Assembly (NCBI GenBank): GCA_963737655.1
Contig: CAVTTN010000002.1
Coordinates: forward strand, 2,240,001-2,304,000
From: an uncultured Planctomycetota bacterium
GTDB taxonomy: Bacteria > Planctomycetota > Planctomycetia > Isosphaerales > Isosphaeraceae
Direction of reading: 5' to 3'
DNA length: 64,000 nucleotides
Part shown: positions 26,915 through 37,424 of the stretch, in pieces
Numbering within the stretch: the stretch's first letter is position 1
How the letters are laid out: every line of letters starts with the position of its first letter
Position numbers and translations under genes: made by a program
Notes under the pieces: model-generated
What the model was told of the DNA's origin: nothing
Database searches by the model: none
Seen by the model: the letters and a program-made list of their open reading frames with translations, nothing else

Positions 26915-27175
26915 GATGGCGCTCCTGGCTCGAAGGAGTTGTCAGTTGGGGAGTTGTCTGAGGCCCGTGGTCGGCGACGAAGGGTCGCTTCGACCCTGCG
27001 AGTAGGAACGCCGTCTTCGACGCTCCGCGTCATCATCGGCCGGGCGTTGCGAGGAGCTCATCGGGTGTCGGCGTCAAGGTTTCGTCCGGCTCGCGGTGCG
27101 TGCGAGACGGTATTCTCGCGCGGAGCGTCGAAACGAGTCGTCCATGCCGAACAGGGACCCCCGAGATCTGCCCGT

Positions 27176-28123
27176 TCAGTACGATGGCTTGTACTGATCC
27201 ACGTTTTTCTTGGAAATCACAGGCAACGGGGTAATCACATCTTTGGTTGGAGGCTTCGCCGCGAGGAGGTCGGCGGCGGCTTTGACGGCCAAACGGCCCT
27301 GTTCGTCGGCGTCTTGCAAGATCGTGGCCGTCATCGTGCCGCCCCGGATGGCCTCGAACGCGCCCTTCGTCCCATTGAACCCGAAGACGGCCACGTCCTT
27401 CCAACCGGCCTCGCGGGCGACCTCGGCGGCAGGGAGCGCGAGTTCGTCGGCCTGAGCCACGATCGCCCGGATCGCCCCCGGCGAGAACCGGCGGACCAGG
27501 CCCGTCATCGTTTCTTTGGCCTTGTCTTCCTGGAAGTTCGTGTACTGATCCGCCGCGATCTGGATTTCGGGATGCGAATCGATCGCCTCATGCAGGCCCT
27601 TGCTCCGGCTGACCTGCGGGCTCGAACCGGGCGTGCCCTGGAGGTACACAATCTTGCCGCCCGAAGGCCCGAGGACCCTGAGGAGTTCCTCGCCCTGCTC
27701 CTTGCCGCCGAGGGCGTCGTCGGCCCCGACGTAGGCGACGACTTCGCCGCCGTTCACCCGACGGTTCAGGGTGATGACCGGCACCTTCGCCCGGTTCGCT
27801 TCCTCGACGGCCACCACCAGCGCGTTCTCGTCGCGAGGGCAAAGGATCAGCACATCAATCCCCGCATTCAACAGGGCCTTGACCTGCACCAGTTGCTTCT
27901 GGTCGTCGTCCTGGCCGTCGCGGACGTCGATCGCCAGGCCCAATCGCTGGGCCTCGGCCTTCAGGCCGTCGCGTTGCGAGACGAAAAACGGATGAGAGAA
28001 CATCGGCAGGACCGCGCCGATCTTCTTCGGCTTCGGTCCCTTCGGCACGGTCCCTCCCGAGCAGCCGAGGGCCGCGACCATCAGCAAACTCAGGGCGATC
28101 CGGCGGGGCAGGGTGCGGGGCAT
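27176..28123 (-). CDS. RbsB-type sugar-binding lipoprotein (canonical segment order)
   Basis: Lipobox ALGC; SHPFF, VPVITLNR, YVGADD, VFGFNG, ATILQD. Confidence 0.92.
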   Translation of the reverse strand: MPRTLPRRIALSLLMVAALGCSGGTVPKGPKPKKIGAVLPMFSHPFFVSQRDGLKAEAQRLGLAIDVRDGQDDDQKQLVQVKALLNAGIDVLILCPRDENALVVAVEEANRAKVPVITLNRRVNGGEVVAYVGADDALGGKEQGEELLRVLGPSGGKIVYLQGTPGSSPQVSRSKGLHEAIDSHPEIQIAADQYTNFQEDKAKETMTGLVRRFSPGAIRAIVAQADELALPAAEVAREAGWKDVAVFGFNGTKGAFEAIRGGTMTATILQDADEQGRLAVKAAADLLAAKPPTKDVITPLPVISKKNVDQYKPSY

Positions 28124-28164
28124 GGTTCGGCTCGACCTGTGAGGACGTTTTGGGAGAGGACTCG

Positions 28165-29121
28165 CTACGAACGCCGGGCCAGGGCGTCGGCCGCCGCGAA
28201 CGTGAGGATCACGGCGCCTACGGCCAGGCTCCGGTACTCGTCGGGGAACCCGCTGATCGTCAGGTAAAGCCCCAGGGCCTGCAAGAGGAGGCAGCCCAGC
28301 GCCGCGCCGATCACACTGCCCGAGCCTCCTTGAAGCGATACCCCGCCGACGACGCATGCGGCGATCGAATCCAGCTCATAATTTTGTCCGACATCCGGCT
28401 TGGCCACGCGGTAATAGGCGAGGTACATGACCGCCGCCAGCCCCGCGGCCATCCCCGACAGGCCGAAGGCGACGACGCGGAGCCGGATCGTCGGCAGGCC
28501 CGAGAGCCTCGCCGCCCGGACGTTCCCGCCCACCGCATAAAGGTGCCGGCCGAACACGGAGAAGCGCAGGACGACCCACGCCGCCGCCGCCACCGCGAGG
28601 AACAACGCTCCGAGGAAGGTCACGCGAAGCCCGCCGACTTCCGCCCCCGCATTGAGCCCCACGAACCCGAACACGCGCTCGATCGGCAGCCCGCCGAGGA
28701 CCGCGAACGCCGCCCCTCGGTAGATGAGCTGCGTGCTCAATGTCGTCACGAACGGATTCGTGTTCACGGCGGCGACAAAGAATCCGTTGATCGAGCCCAG
28801 GACGAACCCCACCGCGAGGGCCGCCGGCCCCGCGGCCCACGGCGACACGCCCTTCGTCGCCGCAAGCCACGCCGCCACGGCCGCCGAGAGGGTCACGATC
28901 CGCCCTTGAGACAGGTCGAAACCGCCCCCGATCAGGACGAATGCCTGCCCGACCGCCATCACGCCGACGACGCTCCCCAGCAGGAGGACGTCGGAGACGA
29001 CCCCCGGCTTGAGGAACCCCGGAGTCCAGGCGATCGCCGCGATCCCGACGGCCGCCAAAGCCAGCCTCGGCAGAGACCGGACGGCCCAGCGGATTCGTGA
29101 TCGACCGGAAGGCATGCTCAT
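28165..29121 (-). CDS. Sugar ABC permease, RbsC-like
   Basis: VLIGGGFDLS, NPFVTTL, FGRHLYAVGGNVRAARLSG, YELDSIAACVVGG. Confidence 0.93.
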   Translation of the reverse strand: MSMPSGRSRIRWAVRSLPRLALAAVGIAAIAWTPGFLKPGVVSDVLLLGSVVGVMAVGQAFVLIGGGFDLSQGRIVTLSAAVAAWLAATKGVSPWAAGPAALAVGFVLGSINGFFVAAVNTNPFVTTLSTQLIYRGAAFAVLGGLPIERVFGFVGLNAGAEVGGLRVTFLGALFLAVAAAAWVVLRFSVFGRHLYAVGGNVRAARLSGLPTIRLRVVAFGLSGMAAGLAAVMYLAYYRVAKPDVGQNYELDSIAACVVGGVSLQGGSGSVIGAALGCLLLQALGLYLTISGFPDEYRSLAVGAVILTFAAADALARRS

Positions 29122-29128
29122 GACCCGA

Positions 29129-30382
29129 CTAATCCCTCCGCGTCGTCCCGGCCGAGGCGACCCTCTCGAAATAGTCCTTCAACTTCGGCACGCACGTCTC
29201 CAGGCTGTATTTCTCCTGGATCACGGCCCGGGCCGCCTTGCCCAGAGGGCGGTATTCGGCCGGGTCGTCCAGGACCTTCAGCGCCGTCTCGGCCAGGCGG
29301 TCGGCGTCGAACAACGGCTCGACCAGCCCGGTCTTTCCCGGTTCGATCACCTCGCGGACCGGCGGCGTGTCCGAGCCCAGGACCACGCATCCGCAGCTCA
29401 TCGCGTTGATCAGCGACCACGACAGGACGAACGGCACGGTCAAATAGAGATGCAAGTCACTCAGGCACAAAAGCTCGGCGAGGTTCTCGGGCTCGATGTG
29501 GCCGAGGTAGAGGAACCGCGATGGGTCGTTGTCGATCCGCGACTCGGCCCAGGCCTTGAAGCTGGCCTGTCCGGTGTGGAGCGCGTCCCAGCCGTAATAG
29601 ATATGTTCGGTCCCCGCGATGGCGAACACCACGTCGGGCCGGGCCCGGGCGATCCGTCGAGCGACCTTCAGGAAGATGTCGAACCCGCGGACCGACTCCA
29701 GCCCCCGGGCCACGAACGTGACCACCTTCGTGTCCGGGGGGATCGTCCGCCCGCCGATGACCCTCGGCACCTTCTTCCGAGGTCGATACAGGTGGGTGTC
29801 GATCCCGTCGAAATGCACCTCGATCTTCGAGCGGAACCGCTCGGGGAACGTGTTCCTCTGGAACTCGGTGGCCGAGTAACCGGCATCGGCGTTCACCAGC
29901 CCCATGAGGACCGGCGCGTTGATGCACTTCGGGAAGAACGGGGCCACCTCGGCCGCCGGGGGCAGGTCCACCCGGAAGGAGATGTCCGAACGCCTCTTGG
30001 CGAAGTAATATTCGCAGTAATTAATGATCGGGCAGTCCACGACCTCGGGCAGGAACGGCGTCGGCGCCCCCCGGCCGCCGTGGGCGACGACCAGGTCGGG
30101 CCGCAGGCCCGGGCGCGAGCGGATGCCCTCGAACACCGACCGGCACAGCGCGAGGAACTTGCCGTAGATCTGCGGCCAGGGCGTGGGGCGGTTGTCGCGG
30201 TCGTCGGCCGGGATCACCAGCTTGTGGATCTCCAGCCGTTCGAGCATCTCGCGGGTGGGCGTCGGGCAGGTCGAGAGGTCCTCGATCAGGAAGCTGCACC
30301 GCCACCCGTGGACCTTCGCCAACTCCAACGCCAGCCGGCCGAACTGGGCCGGGAACGCCTGGTGAATGAACAAGACATGCAT
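29129..30382 (-). CDS. GT4 glycosyltransferase (DUF3495-type N-terminus)
   Basis: MHVLFIHQAFPAQF, TFVARGLESVRGF, YLTVPFVLSWSLINAMSCG, SDTPPVREVI. Confidence 0.9.
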   Translation of the reverse strand: MHVLFIHQAFPAQFGRLALELAKVHGWRCSFLIEDLSTCPTPTREMLERLEIHKLVIPADDRDNRPTPWPQIYGKFLALCRSVFEGIRSRPGLRPDLVVAHGGRGAPTPFLPEVVDCPIINYCEYYFAKRRSDISFRVDLPPAAEVAPFFPKCINAPVLMGLVNADAGYSATEFQRNTFPERFRSKIEVHFDGIDTHLYRPRKKVPRVIGGRTIPPDTKVVTFVARGLESVRGFDIFLKVARRIARARPDVVFAIAGTEHIYYGWDALHTGQASFKAWAESRIDNDPSRFLYLGHIEPENLAELLCLSDLHLYLTVPFVLSWSLINAMSCGCVVLGSDTPPVREVIEPGKTGLVEPLFDADRLAETALKVLDDPAEYRPLGKAARAVIQEKYSLETCVPKLKDYFERVASAGTTRRD

Positions 30383-30417
30383 ATTTTCGATCTCGGTCGA
30401 GTGGATTCCAGGGCGGT

Positions 30418-31675
30418 TCAGACGACGGTCGAGGAGGCGAGTTCGAAGAGCATGTCCGCGAGCTTGGGGAGGCAGGCGTCCTGCGAGAATCGCTCGCGCA
30501 CGGCCCTCGCGGCGGCCTCGCCGACGGGCCGATAGGCGGCCGGGTCGTCCAGGACCCTCATGGCCGCCTCGAACGCCGCGTCGGGGTCGTCCGGCGCGAC
30601 GAGGAGGCCCGTCGCGTCGGGTTCGACGAAGTCGCGGACCGGCTCCGAGTCCCATGCCAGGAGGACCGATCCTGCCGACATCGCCTCCACCATCGACTTC
30701 GCCACCACGTACGGCCGACTTGGATAAACATGCAGATCGCTAATGCCCATCAACTCGGTCATCAGTGCCGGCGCAAGCAACCCCGGGGCCCAGAACCGCT
30801 CCGGGTCCGGCGGCGGGTCGTTCGCCAGGCATTCGGCCATATAATTGCGACCATGATGGCGGACGTCGAGCATCCGCGAGACCGAGCCCGCCCCCGCCGC
30901 GATGCACAGGACGTCCTCGCGGGTCTTCGCCAGCCGGTTGGCCAGGGCGAGGAAGCGCTCGAAGCCTCGAAGCCAGTCGGGGGCGTTGCTGGCGAACGTC
31001 ACGACCTTCGTCTCGGGCGGGATCGTCCGCCCGAAGAGCTGGCGGGGCCTCTCCTTCGGGCGGACGAATCGGCGGGCGTCCACGCCGTCATAAAGGACCG
31101 TGAACTCGTCTCGATACTCGTCGGGATAGAGCGAGTGCTGCCAGGGCGTGGGGACCCAGGCCGTCGAGTCGTTCTCCAGGTCGAGGAGGTCCATCGCGTT
31201 GGCGGCCCTCCTCCACAGGAAATACTCGGCGGGCATCTCGACGCCCGCCTCCCCGGCCAGGTCGTACTTGTGGGCCCGATAAAAATAGTCGAAATAATTG
31301 ACCCGAGGAATCCCCGGATACGAAACCGAGGCGAATAAATTCGAGCCCAGCCCGGCAGACCGGCCGAGGATCACATCGACGGGCCGGGGCCGTCGGGCGT
31401 CATAAACTTCCCAGCCTCCGTAGGCGTAGCAGAGTCCCCGTTCGAGCCCCTTTCGTCCAGGCGACGGACGGCTCGCGGGCGACCCCGCCGACGTTGAACT
31501 GGACCAGCTCGATCCCTCGGTTGACGGCCTCGGGCCAGAGGGCCGGGTCGTCGGTCTGATGGCAGTAGAAATGGATACGATAGCCCCGGCGACGGACCAG
31601 CCAATCGGCCACAAATCCAAGCCGGCCAGGGAAATACGGTTCTACAATGATCAGGCAGAGCGGGTCTTGGGGCAT
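30418..31675 (-). CDS. GT4 glycosyltransferase paralog; frameshift near 31450
   Basis: The N-terminal ORF (EPYFPGRLG) joins LERGLCYAYG; DLHVYPSRPYVVAKSMVEAMSAG, DSEPVRDFV. Confidence 0.85.
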
Positions 31676-31880
31676 CGGCGAAGTCGCCCGAAAAAACGAG
31701 TGCGAGAGGGCACGTCAGGGGCCGGGACGATCCCGGGCCGAAGCGGATGCGGCATCCTAGCAGATCGGAACGCGAGCGGCGACGCCCCAGCCTCGGGCAT
31801 TCGAAGGCCGACTGGCGACGGGTCGGCGGGAGTTTCCGCGGGGCCGTCCGATGCGGCACGTCGGGCTCGTGAATCGATCC

Positions 31881-33188
31881 TCAGGCCGGGGACTCGGCGG
31901 AAAGTCTGGCCAGGTCATTCCAGAAACCCGGATAGGTCTTCGCCACGCATCCCGGATCGAGGATCGTGACCCCGGGGACTCTCAGTCCCGCCAGGGCGAA
32001 CGACATGGCCATCCGGTGGTCGTCGTAGGTGGCGATTCGAGCGGGATTCAGCTTCGGCGGCGGGAAGACGATGAGGCCGTCGGGTTGCTCGTCCACCTCG
32101 GCGCCGAGCTTCCTCAGCTCGGTGGTGAGGGCGGCGATCCGGTCGGTCTCCTTGTGGCGGATGTGGCCGACGTTGCGGATTCGGGTGATCCCGTCGGCGA
32201 ACAGGGCCGTCGTGGCGAGCGTCATGACGGTGTCGCTGATTGCGTTCATGTCCACGTCCACGCCTCGGAGCCGATCCGGGCCGGTCACGGTGGTGGAATC
32301 CTTGCCTCTTTCGACCGTGCAGCCCATGAATTCCAGGACGTCGACGAACCCGAGGTCCCCCTGGATGCTCCGGGAGCCGAGCCCCTCGACCGTGACCGTC
32401 CCCCCGGTGATCGCCGCCGCCGCGAAGAAGTAGCTGGCGGCCGAGGCGTCGGGTTCGATCGCGAAATCGCGCCTCGAATACGGGGTCGGCTCGACGTTGA
32501 ACCGGCGATACCTGTGATTGGCGATCTGAACGCCGAAGGCTTCCATGACGGTCAATGTCATGTCGATGTATGGCTTCGAGACGAGCGTCCCCTCGACCTC
32601 GATCGTCGTGCTTTCCTTGGCCAGCGGCAGGGCCATCAGCAGGCCGCTGAGGAACTGGCTGGAGACGTCGCCCCGGACGATCGCGAACCCGCCGTCGAGG
32701 TGGTCGGCGCGAACCGTCACCGGCGGGCATCCGGTGCCCAGGTCGCTCCTGGCGTCGGATCCGAGGCCGTTGAGGGCCTGCAGCAGGTCGGCCACGGGGC
32801 GTTGCCGCATCCGAGGGGAGCCATCGAGGCGATACGTCCCCCGTCCGATGGCGACCATCGCGGTCAGGAATCGCAGGCTCGTCCCGGAGTTGGCCACGAA
32901 CAGGTCGGCCTCTCGGTTGGGGAACTTCCCGCCCCGACCCTCGACGCGGATCGCCGCCGAACCGGGGTCGTGGGCCACCTCCAGGCCGAGTTTGCCGAGG
33001 GAATCGACCATCACGCGGGTGTCGTCGCTGTCCAGGGCCCCCGAGAGGCTGCTCGGGCCATTGGCCATCGCGGCCAGGACCAGGGCGCGATTGGTGATCG
33101 ACTTCGATCCCGGAGGCCGGACCCGGGCCGTCGGCGGATTGGTCAAGGGGCGGATTTCGAGCTCGGGCGGATAGTCGGGCATGGGCAT
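31881..33188 (-). CDS. aroA: EPSP synthase
   Basis: PGSKSITNRAL, NSGTSLRF, SSQFLS, RHKETDR, TYDDHRMAM, CVAKTYPGF. Confidence 0.97.
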   Translation of the reverse strand: MPMPDYPPELEIRPLTNPPTARVRPPGSKSITNRALVLAAMANGPSSLSGALDSDDTRVMVDSLGKLGLEVAHDPGSAAIRVEGRGGKFPNREADLFVANSGTSLRFLTAMVAIGRGTYRLDGSPRMRQRPVADLLQALNGLGSDARSDLGTGCPPVTVRADHLDGGFAIVRGDVSSQFLSGLLMALPLAKESTTIEVEGTLVSKPYIDMTLTVMEAFGVQIANHRYRRFNVEPTPYSRRDFAIEPDASAASYFFAAAAITGGTVTVEGLGSRSIQGDLGFVDVLEFMGCTVERGKDSTTVTGPDRLRGVDVDMNAISDTVMTLATTALFADGITRIRNVGHIRHKETDRIAALTTELRKLGAEVDEQPDGLIVFPPPKLNPARIATYDDHRMAMSFALAGLRVPGVTILDPGCVAKTYPGFWNDLARLSAESPA

Positions 33189-33203
33189 CCCGTGATCGCG
33201 GGT

Positions 33204-33488
33204 TCAGGAAAGGGTCGAGAGGACGTCCTCGGGCGTCATCCCCTCGATCAGGAATCGCTTGTCTCGCGACGTTTCCCCCGACAATAGCGAGATTTGCGAC
33301 CGCTTGCACCCCAGGGCGCCAGCCAGGACCCCGACGATCGCCTCGTTCGCCTTGCCCCGCTCCGGGGCGGCCGTCACGGCGACCCGCAAGGCCCCGTTCC
33401 GCTCCCCCAGGACGCCCGACTGCCTGGCTCCGGGCTGGGCCTTGACCGTCAGGACACAACCCCGGTCGTGGCCGGTGATTGCGATCAC
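33204..33488 (-). CDS. yggU: DUF167/YggU family protein
   Basis: VKAQPGAR, VTAAPERGKANEA, SGETSRDK; GTGA overlap with the yggS stop. Confidence 0.9.
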   Translation of the reverse strand: MIAITGHDRGCVLTVKAQPGARQSGVLGERNGALRVAVTAAPERGKANEAIVGVLAGALGCKRSQISLLSGETSRDKRFLIEGMTPEDVLSTLS

Positions 33489-34195
33489 GGGGAGACCCCC
33501 TGGAACAGCGCCGAGCCGATGCGGACGAGCGTCGCGCCCTCCTCGATGGCCGCCTCGAAGTCGCCGGACATCCCCATCGAGAGCTCGGGCAAGGCCAGCC
33601 CCGTGGCCTCGCGGAGCCGATCGCGGACCGACCGGAGCAGGGCGAACGTCGGCCGGGCCTCCTCGTCGGTCGTCCCGTAGCCGGCCATCGTCATCAGGCC
33701 GAGGATCGGGATCGACCGGCAGGAGGCGAGGAGGTCCGAGTCGGCCAGGACTGATTCGGCCGACCAGCCGTGCTTGGACGCCTCGCCCGAGGCGTTGATC
33801 TGGATCAGGACGCCGGGAGGGTCGGGCGTCTCCGCCGCGCAGGCATCCAGGGATTTCAGGAGCTTCGGGGAATCGACCCCATGGATCAGGCGGACGAGTG
33901 GGAACGTCCGCCGGAGCTTGTTCCCCTGCAAATGGCCGATCAGGTGCCACCGGGCGGGGCGATCGGCGAGGGCCTCGACTTTTTCCCACAACTCCTGGGG
34001 ATAATTCTCCCCGAGATCTTCGGCGCCGAGATCAATGAGGGATCGGATCAGTTCGGGAGGGTTCCGTTTCGTGACCGCGACCAGGGTGATTTCGCCGGGG
34101 AGACGGCCGGAGCGGAGGGCGGCGTCGGCCATCCGGGCGCGGACGACGTCCAGGTTGGCCTTGAGGCGGTCGGCGAGGGCGGTTTCGGTCGGCAT
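33485..34195 (-). CDS. yggS: PLP homeostasis protein
   Basis: LVAVTK, LGENYPQE, WHLIGHLQGNK, LSMGMSGDFEAAIEEGATLVRIGS. Confidence 0.96.
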   Translation of the reverse strand: MPTETALADRLKANLDVVRARMADAALRSGRLPGEITLVAVTKRNPPELIRSLIDLGAEDLGENYPQELWEKVEALADRPARWHLIGHLQGNKLRRTFPLVRLIHGVDSPKLLKSLDACAAETPDPPGVLIQINASGEASKHGWSAESVLADSDLLASCRSIPILGLMTMAGYGTTDEEARPTFALLRSVRDRLREATGLALPELSMGMSGDFEAAIEEGATLVRIGSALFQGVSP

Positions 34196-34286
34196 GGGTC
34201 GATTCGTGCGATGGAGAAGGCAACGAGAAGGCCCGGTCGAGCGTTCGGACCGGGCATCGCTCGCCGGGCGAGGCCGACCGGCTGGG

Positions 34287-34505
34287 CTATTGCGGCTTCG
34301 CGGTGTCGGATTTCGAGGCCGGAGGGGGCGTGGGCGGAGCGATCGCGCCCTGGGCCTTCCGCTCGCCGATGGCCTGGGCCTCCTCGTCCTCGTTGACGAC
34401 CCGGGGGGCCGAGACGCCCGGGGGCGTCATGGGGACGATCTCCGGCGGCCCGCAACCCCAGAGGGTCAGGCCCGCCGCGAACAAGACACCGGTTCGGAAT
34501 CGCAT
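34287..34505 (-). CDS. Small putative lipoprotein (72 aa)
   Basis: MRFRTGVLFAAGLTLWGC lipobox followed by a Pro-rich mature part. Confidence 0.65.
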   Translation of the reverse strand: MRFRTGVLFAAGLTLWGCGPPEIVPMTPPGVSAPRVVNEDEEAQAIGERKAQGAIAPPTPPPASKSDTAKPQ

Positions 34506-34693
34506 GATCGCCTCGGCACGATGGATGAAGACGGAATCCGGACGCCCTCATTATGCGAAATCGAAGACGCCGACGGCGAGAGCACTTCCCGGAGGGTGCG
34601 CGAAGCCCGCTGGCGACTTCCGTCGGGCGAGCGGGACCACCCCTGTGTTGGTGAACTTTCGTGTGTTGCCGGAAAAAGTTCATGGCAACAAAC

Positions 34694-35383
34694 CTACATG
34701 AGCGTGAGAAGCGTGATGGCGATGTTTCCGCCGAAGCAGACGTCCACGTCGGACCCCGGGCGGCGGGCCCGGCCCTGATAGTCTCCGGAATAGTGGGCCT
34801 GGTTGCCTTCGAGTTTGTATTTCAAGGGCAGGGGGGAGGGGTCCAGCGGGCAATCGACGATCCGCGGCTCCGGGCCGCCCGGCTCGGGATGGGGGAGGTT
34901 GACGTTCCAGAACGTCCCGGGGGTCCAGGGGCGATCCAGGAGGAGCTTCAGGACGTTCGCGGCCCGGATCGCCGCCATGCCCCAGTCGATCGGCCGGCCT
35001 CGGGCGATGTAGTGCGAGATGGCGATCCCCGGGACGCCGTGGAGGACCGCCTCGCGGACCGCGGCGACCGTCCCGGAGTGGAAGACATCGGCCCCGAGGT
35101 TCCCACCCGCGTTGATCCCCGAGAGTACCCAGTCCGCCCGCTCGACCAGATGATGCAGGGCCAGGCGGACGCAATCGGCGGGCGTCCCCTCGACGGCGAA
35201 GCCCCCCGAGGGCAGGGTCCGGGAAGCGAACGGGCGCCCCGTGGTCACCGCGTGGCCGCAGCCGGATTGCGGCCCGCTCGGCGCCACGATCGTGGCCTCG
35301 CCCAGGCCGCTCGTTGCCGATTCCAGGGCGGCGAGGCCAGGAGCGTCGAAACCGTCGTCGTTGGTGAGGATCAGGCGTCTCAT
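34694..35383 (-). CDS. surE: 5'/3'-nucleotidase SurE
   Basis: LILTNDDGFDAPG, QSGCGHAVT, GTPADCV, SGINAGGNLG, SGTVAAVRE. Confidence 0.95.
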   Translation of the reverse strand: MRRLILTNDDGFDAPGLAALESATSGLGEATIVAPSGPQSGCGHAVTTGRPFASRTLPSGGFAVEGTPADCVRLALHHLVERADWVLSGINAGGNLGADVFHSGTVAAVREAVLHGVPGIAISHYIARGRPIDWGMAAIRAANVLKLLLDRPWTPGTFWNVNLPHPEPGGPEPRIVDCPLDPSPLPLKYKLEGNQAHYSGDYQGRARRPGSDVDVCFGGNIAITLLTLM

Positions 35384-35468
35384 GCGGCCTCGGGGCAAGG
35401 GATTTGGGCCGAACCGCAATCTCGGCTCCGTTCCATCTTAGGCGGCCTGCCGCGGCCCGTCCCGAGGG

Positions 35469-35497
35469 TTGACAACCCACCCCGGGGCCGTTACACT
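35469..35497 (+). promoter_or_regulatory. sigma70 promoter of tRNA-Ala
   Basis: TTGACA-N17-TACACT, ending 14 nt before the tRNA. Confidence 0.8.
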
Positions 35498-35510
35498 TCC
35501 ATTCACCAGA

Positions 35511-35586
<76 letters not shown>

Positions 35587-35747
35587 CGCGTCGGGCGGTT
35601 GTTCTTGACCGCCTCATGAGTCGACGAATTGAATTCTTGATCGTTCGCCTTTCTTCGATCGTCCCGATCACTTCCGTCCGCCCTCTCCATTCGGCCCGAT
35701 CATCGGCCCGGGCGGCTGTCCGTCACCTCTCGGGGACCGACCATCCC

Positions 35748-36045
35748 ATGGCGGAGAAATCGGCCGATTCGCCGGTGAGGATCATCGGCAGCCGGGAGCT
35801 TCACCAGAACTTGCCCGGCATCCTCCGCGAGCTGGAGAGGCCGGACGTCCGTTACGTGCTCACGGTGCACGGCAAGCCTCGCGCCGTCCTGATCGGCGCC
35901 GAGCCGTTCCTGGACCTGATCCATCAGCATAACAGCCCGAGTGAGGCCCTGGTGGGTTTGCAGCTCGAGCGCCCTGCTCGGCGGCGAGCTGAAAGCCATG
36001 TCCCTGGACGTCTTAGAGCGAGCCCTGGACCCGAAGCGGCCGTGA
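35748..36045 (+). CDS. Phd/YefM antitoxin-like protein; frameshift at ~35966
   Basis: IIGSRELHQNLPGILRELE...YVLTVHGKPRAVLI fits the Phd DNA-binding fold; removing one base gives LQLSALLGGELKAMSLDVLERALDPKRP*. Confidence 0.75.
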
Positions 36046-36157
36046 GCCGGCGATCGGGAAATGCGGCCTGGGCTTGCCGCCCCTCCTAGAATCCTGGCGA
36101 CGTCGGTTCCCACCTGATTGCGCCCGAAGAGGGGCGCCTCCACCCGAGACCCTCTTG

Positions 36158-36551
36158 ATGTCCGCTCTCCCCGCCCGTTCGGCCCGCGCTCGCCCGCCAC
36201 TGGAATGGCCGCCTCGCCTCGTACCGCCTCCATCAGAACGACGAGCATCGGGAGGCGCTGATCGAGGAGGCCGCCCGCTTCGCCGGCTTCCACCTGGAAG
36301 ACGACCTGGCCGATTCCCCGTACTGGAGCGTGGCCTCGCTGTCCCGGAGGGTGGCCGTCCTGCTGTTCCTGACCGACCGGGGCGCGGTGCTCCGCAAGAA
36401 CTGGCGGGGGCGGATGGTCTACGAGGCGACGCCGGACGCCGAGACCTGGGCCGCCGGCCAGCCTTCGCTCGCGCCCTACATGACGCCCACGCTTGAGTTG
36501 CTCGCCGCCCTCCGCCACGCCCAGGCCCGCAGGCTCGGCTCGGCCGGCTGA
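36158..36551 (+). CDS. Hypothetical protein (~130 aa); frameshift in a C-run near 36170
   Basis: Removing one C gives MSALPPVRPALARHWNGRLASYRLHQNDEHREALIEEAARFAGFHLEDDLADSPYWSVASLSRRVAVLLFLTDRG..., with strong GC3 bias. Confidence 0.6.
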
Positions 36552-36703
36552 CCGATCGGCCTGAATTCGCCTTCCCCCCTCATCCGGTCCTCGGTCCTCC
36601 CGCTTGAGTCGCCTCCCCGGCGGGGTTACGATCCCTCGCGATCGAGCCGCCGGGGCCGGCGGGGGTCCGCGCCCGGCCATCCCCGTTGCGCGAGGCCCTG
36701 TCC

Positions 36704-37375
36704 ATGCGACTCTTCCCGATCCTTGCGGCCGTGATCGCCGCGTCCGCCTCGCCCTCGATGGGCGACGTCGAGCCGGTCCGCCTCTTCAATGGCAAGGACC
36801 TCTCGGGCTGGACCGTGTTCATCCCGCACAAGGACAAATCCGACCCGAAGACCGACCCCAAGGGCGTCTTCCGCGTCGAGGACGGCGTGATCCACGTCTC
36901 GGGCGAGGAGTTCGGCGCCCTGACCACGGCCGACGAATTCGAAAACTATCGTCTGACCGTCGAGTTCCGATGGGGCGAGAGGCGCTACCCGCCCCGGGAG
37001 AACGCCAAGCGCGACTCGGGCATCCTCGTCCACTGCACCGGGCCGGACAAGATCTGGACGAAGTCGATCGAATGCCAGGTCCAGGAAGGGGATTGCGGCG
37101 ATTTCTGGCTGGTCTCGGGGACCACGATCGAGGTCGATGGCAAGCTCGAAAAGAGCTTTCGCCAGAAGACCGACGACGCCGAGAAACCCGTCGGCCAGTG
37201 GAACACGATCGAGGTGATCTGCGATGGGGACACGATCACCAACATCGTCAACGGCAAGATCGTGAACCGGGGGACCCGGGCCAGCGTGACTCGGGGACGA
37301 ATCCTCCTCCAGTCCGAGGGGGCGGAGGTCTTCTTCCGCAAGGTCGAGCTGGTCCCGGTGAAACCCTCGAAATAG
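36704..37375 (+). CDS. DUF1080 (3-keto-disaccharide hydrolase-like) exported protein
   Basis: Signal peptide, LFNGKDLSGW, FENYRLTVEFRWG, RDSGIL, GQWNTIEV, LQSEG. Confidence 0.92.
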   Translation: MRLFPILAAVIAASASPSMGDVEPVRLFNGKDLSGWTVFIPHKDKSDPKTDPKGVFRVEDGVIHVSGEEFGALTTADEFENYRLTVEFRWGERRYPPRENAKRDSGILVHCTGPDKIWTKSIECQVQEGDCGDFWLVSGTTIEVDGKLEKSFRQKTDDAEKPVGQWNTIEVICDGDTITNIVNGKIVNRGTRASVTRGRILLQSEGAEVFFRKVELVPVKPSK

Positions 37376-37389
37376 GGCGGAAGGCGTCT

Positions 37390-37417
37390 CGTAGGGTCCG
37401 CTCTCGCGGACCCTACG
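37390..37417. repeat. GTAG-type REP-like palindrome between convergent genes
   Basis: CGTAGGGTCCGC-tctc-GCGGACCCTACG, a 12-bp stem. Confidence 0.7.
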
Positions 37418-37424
37418 AAGCACG

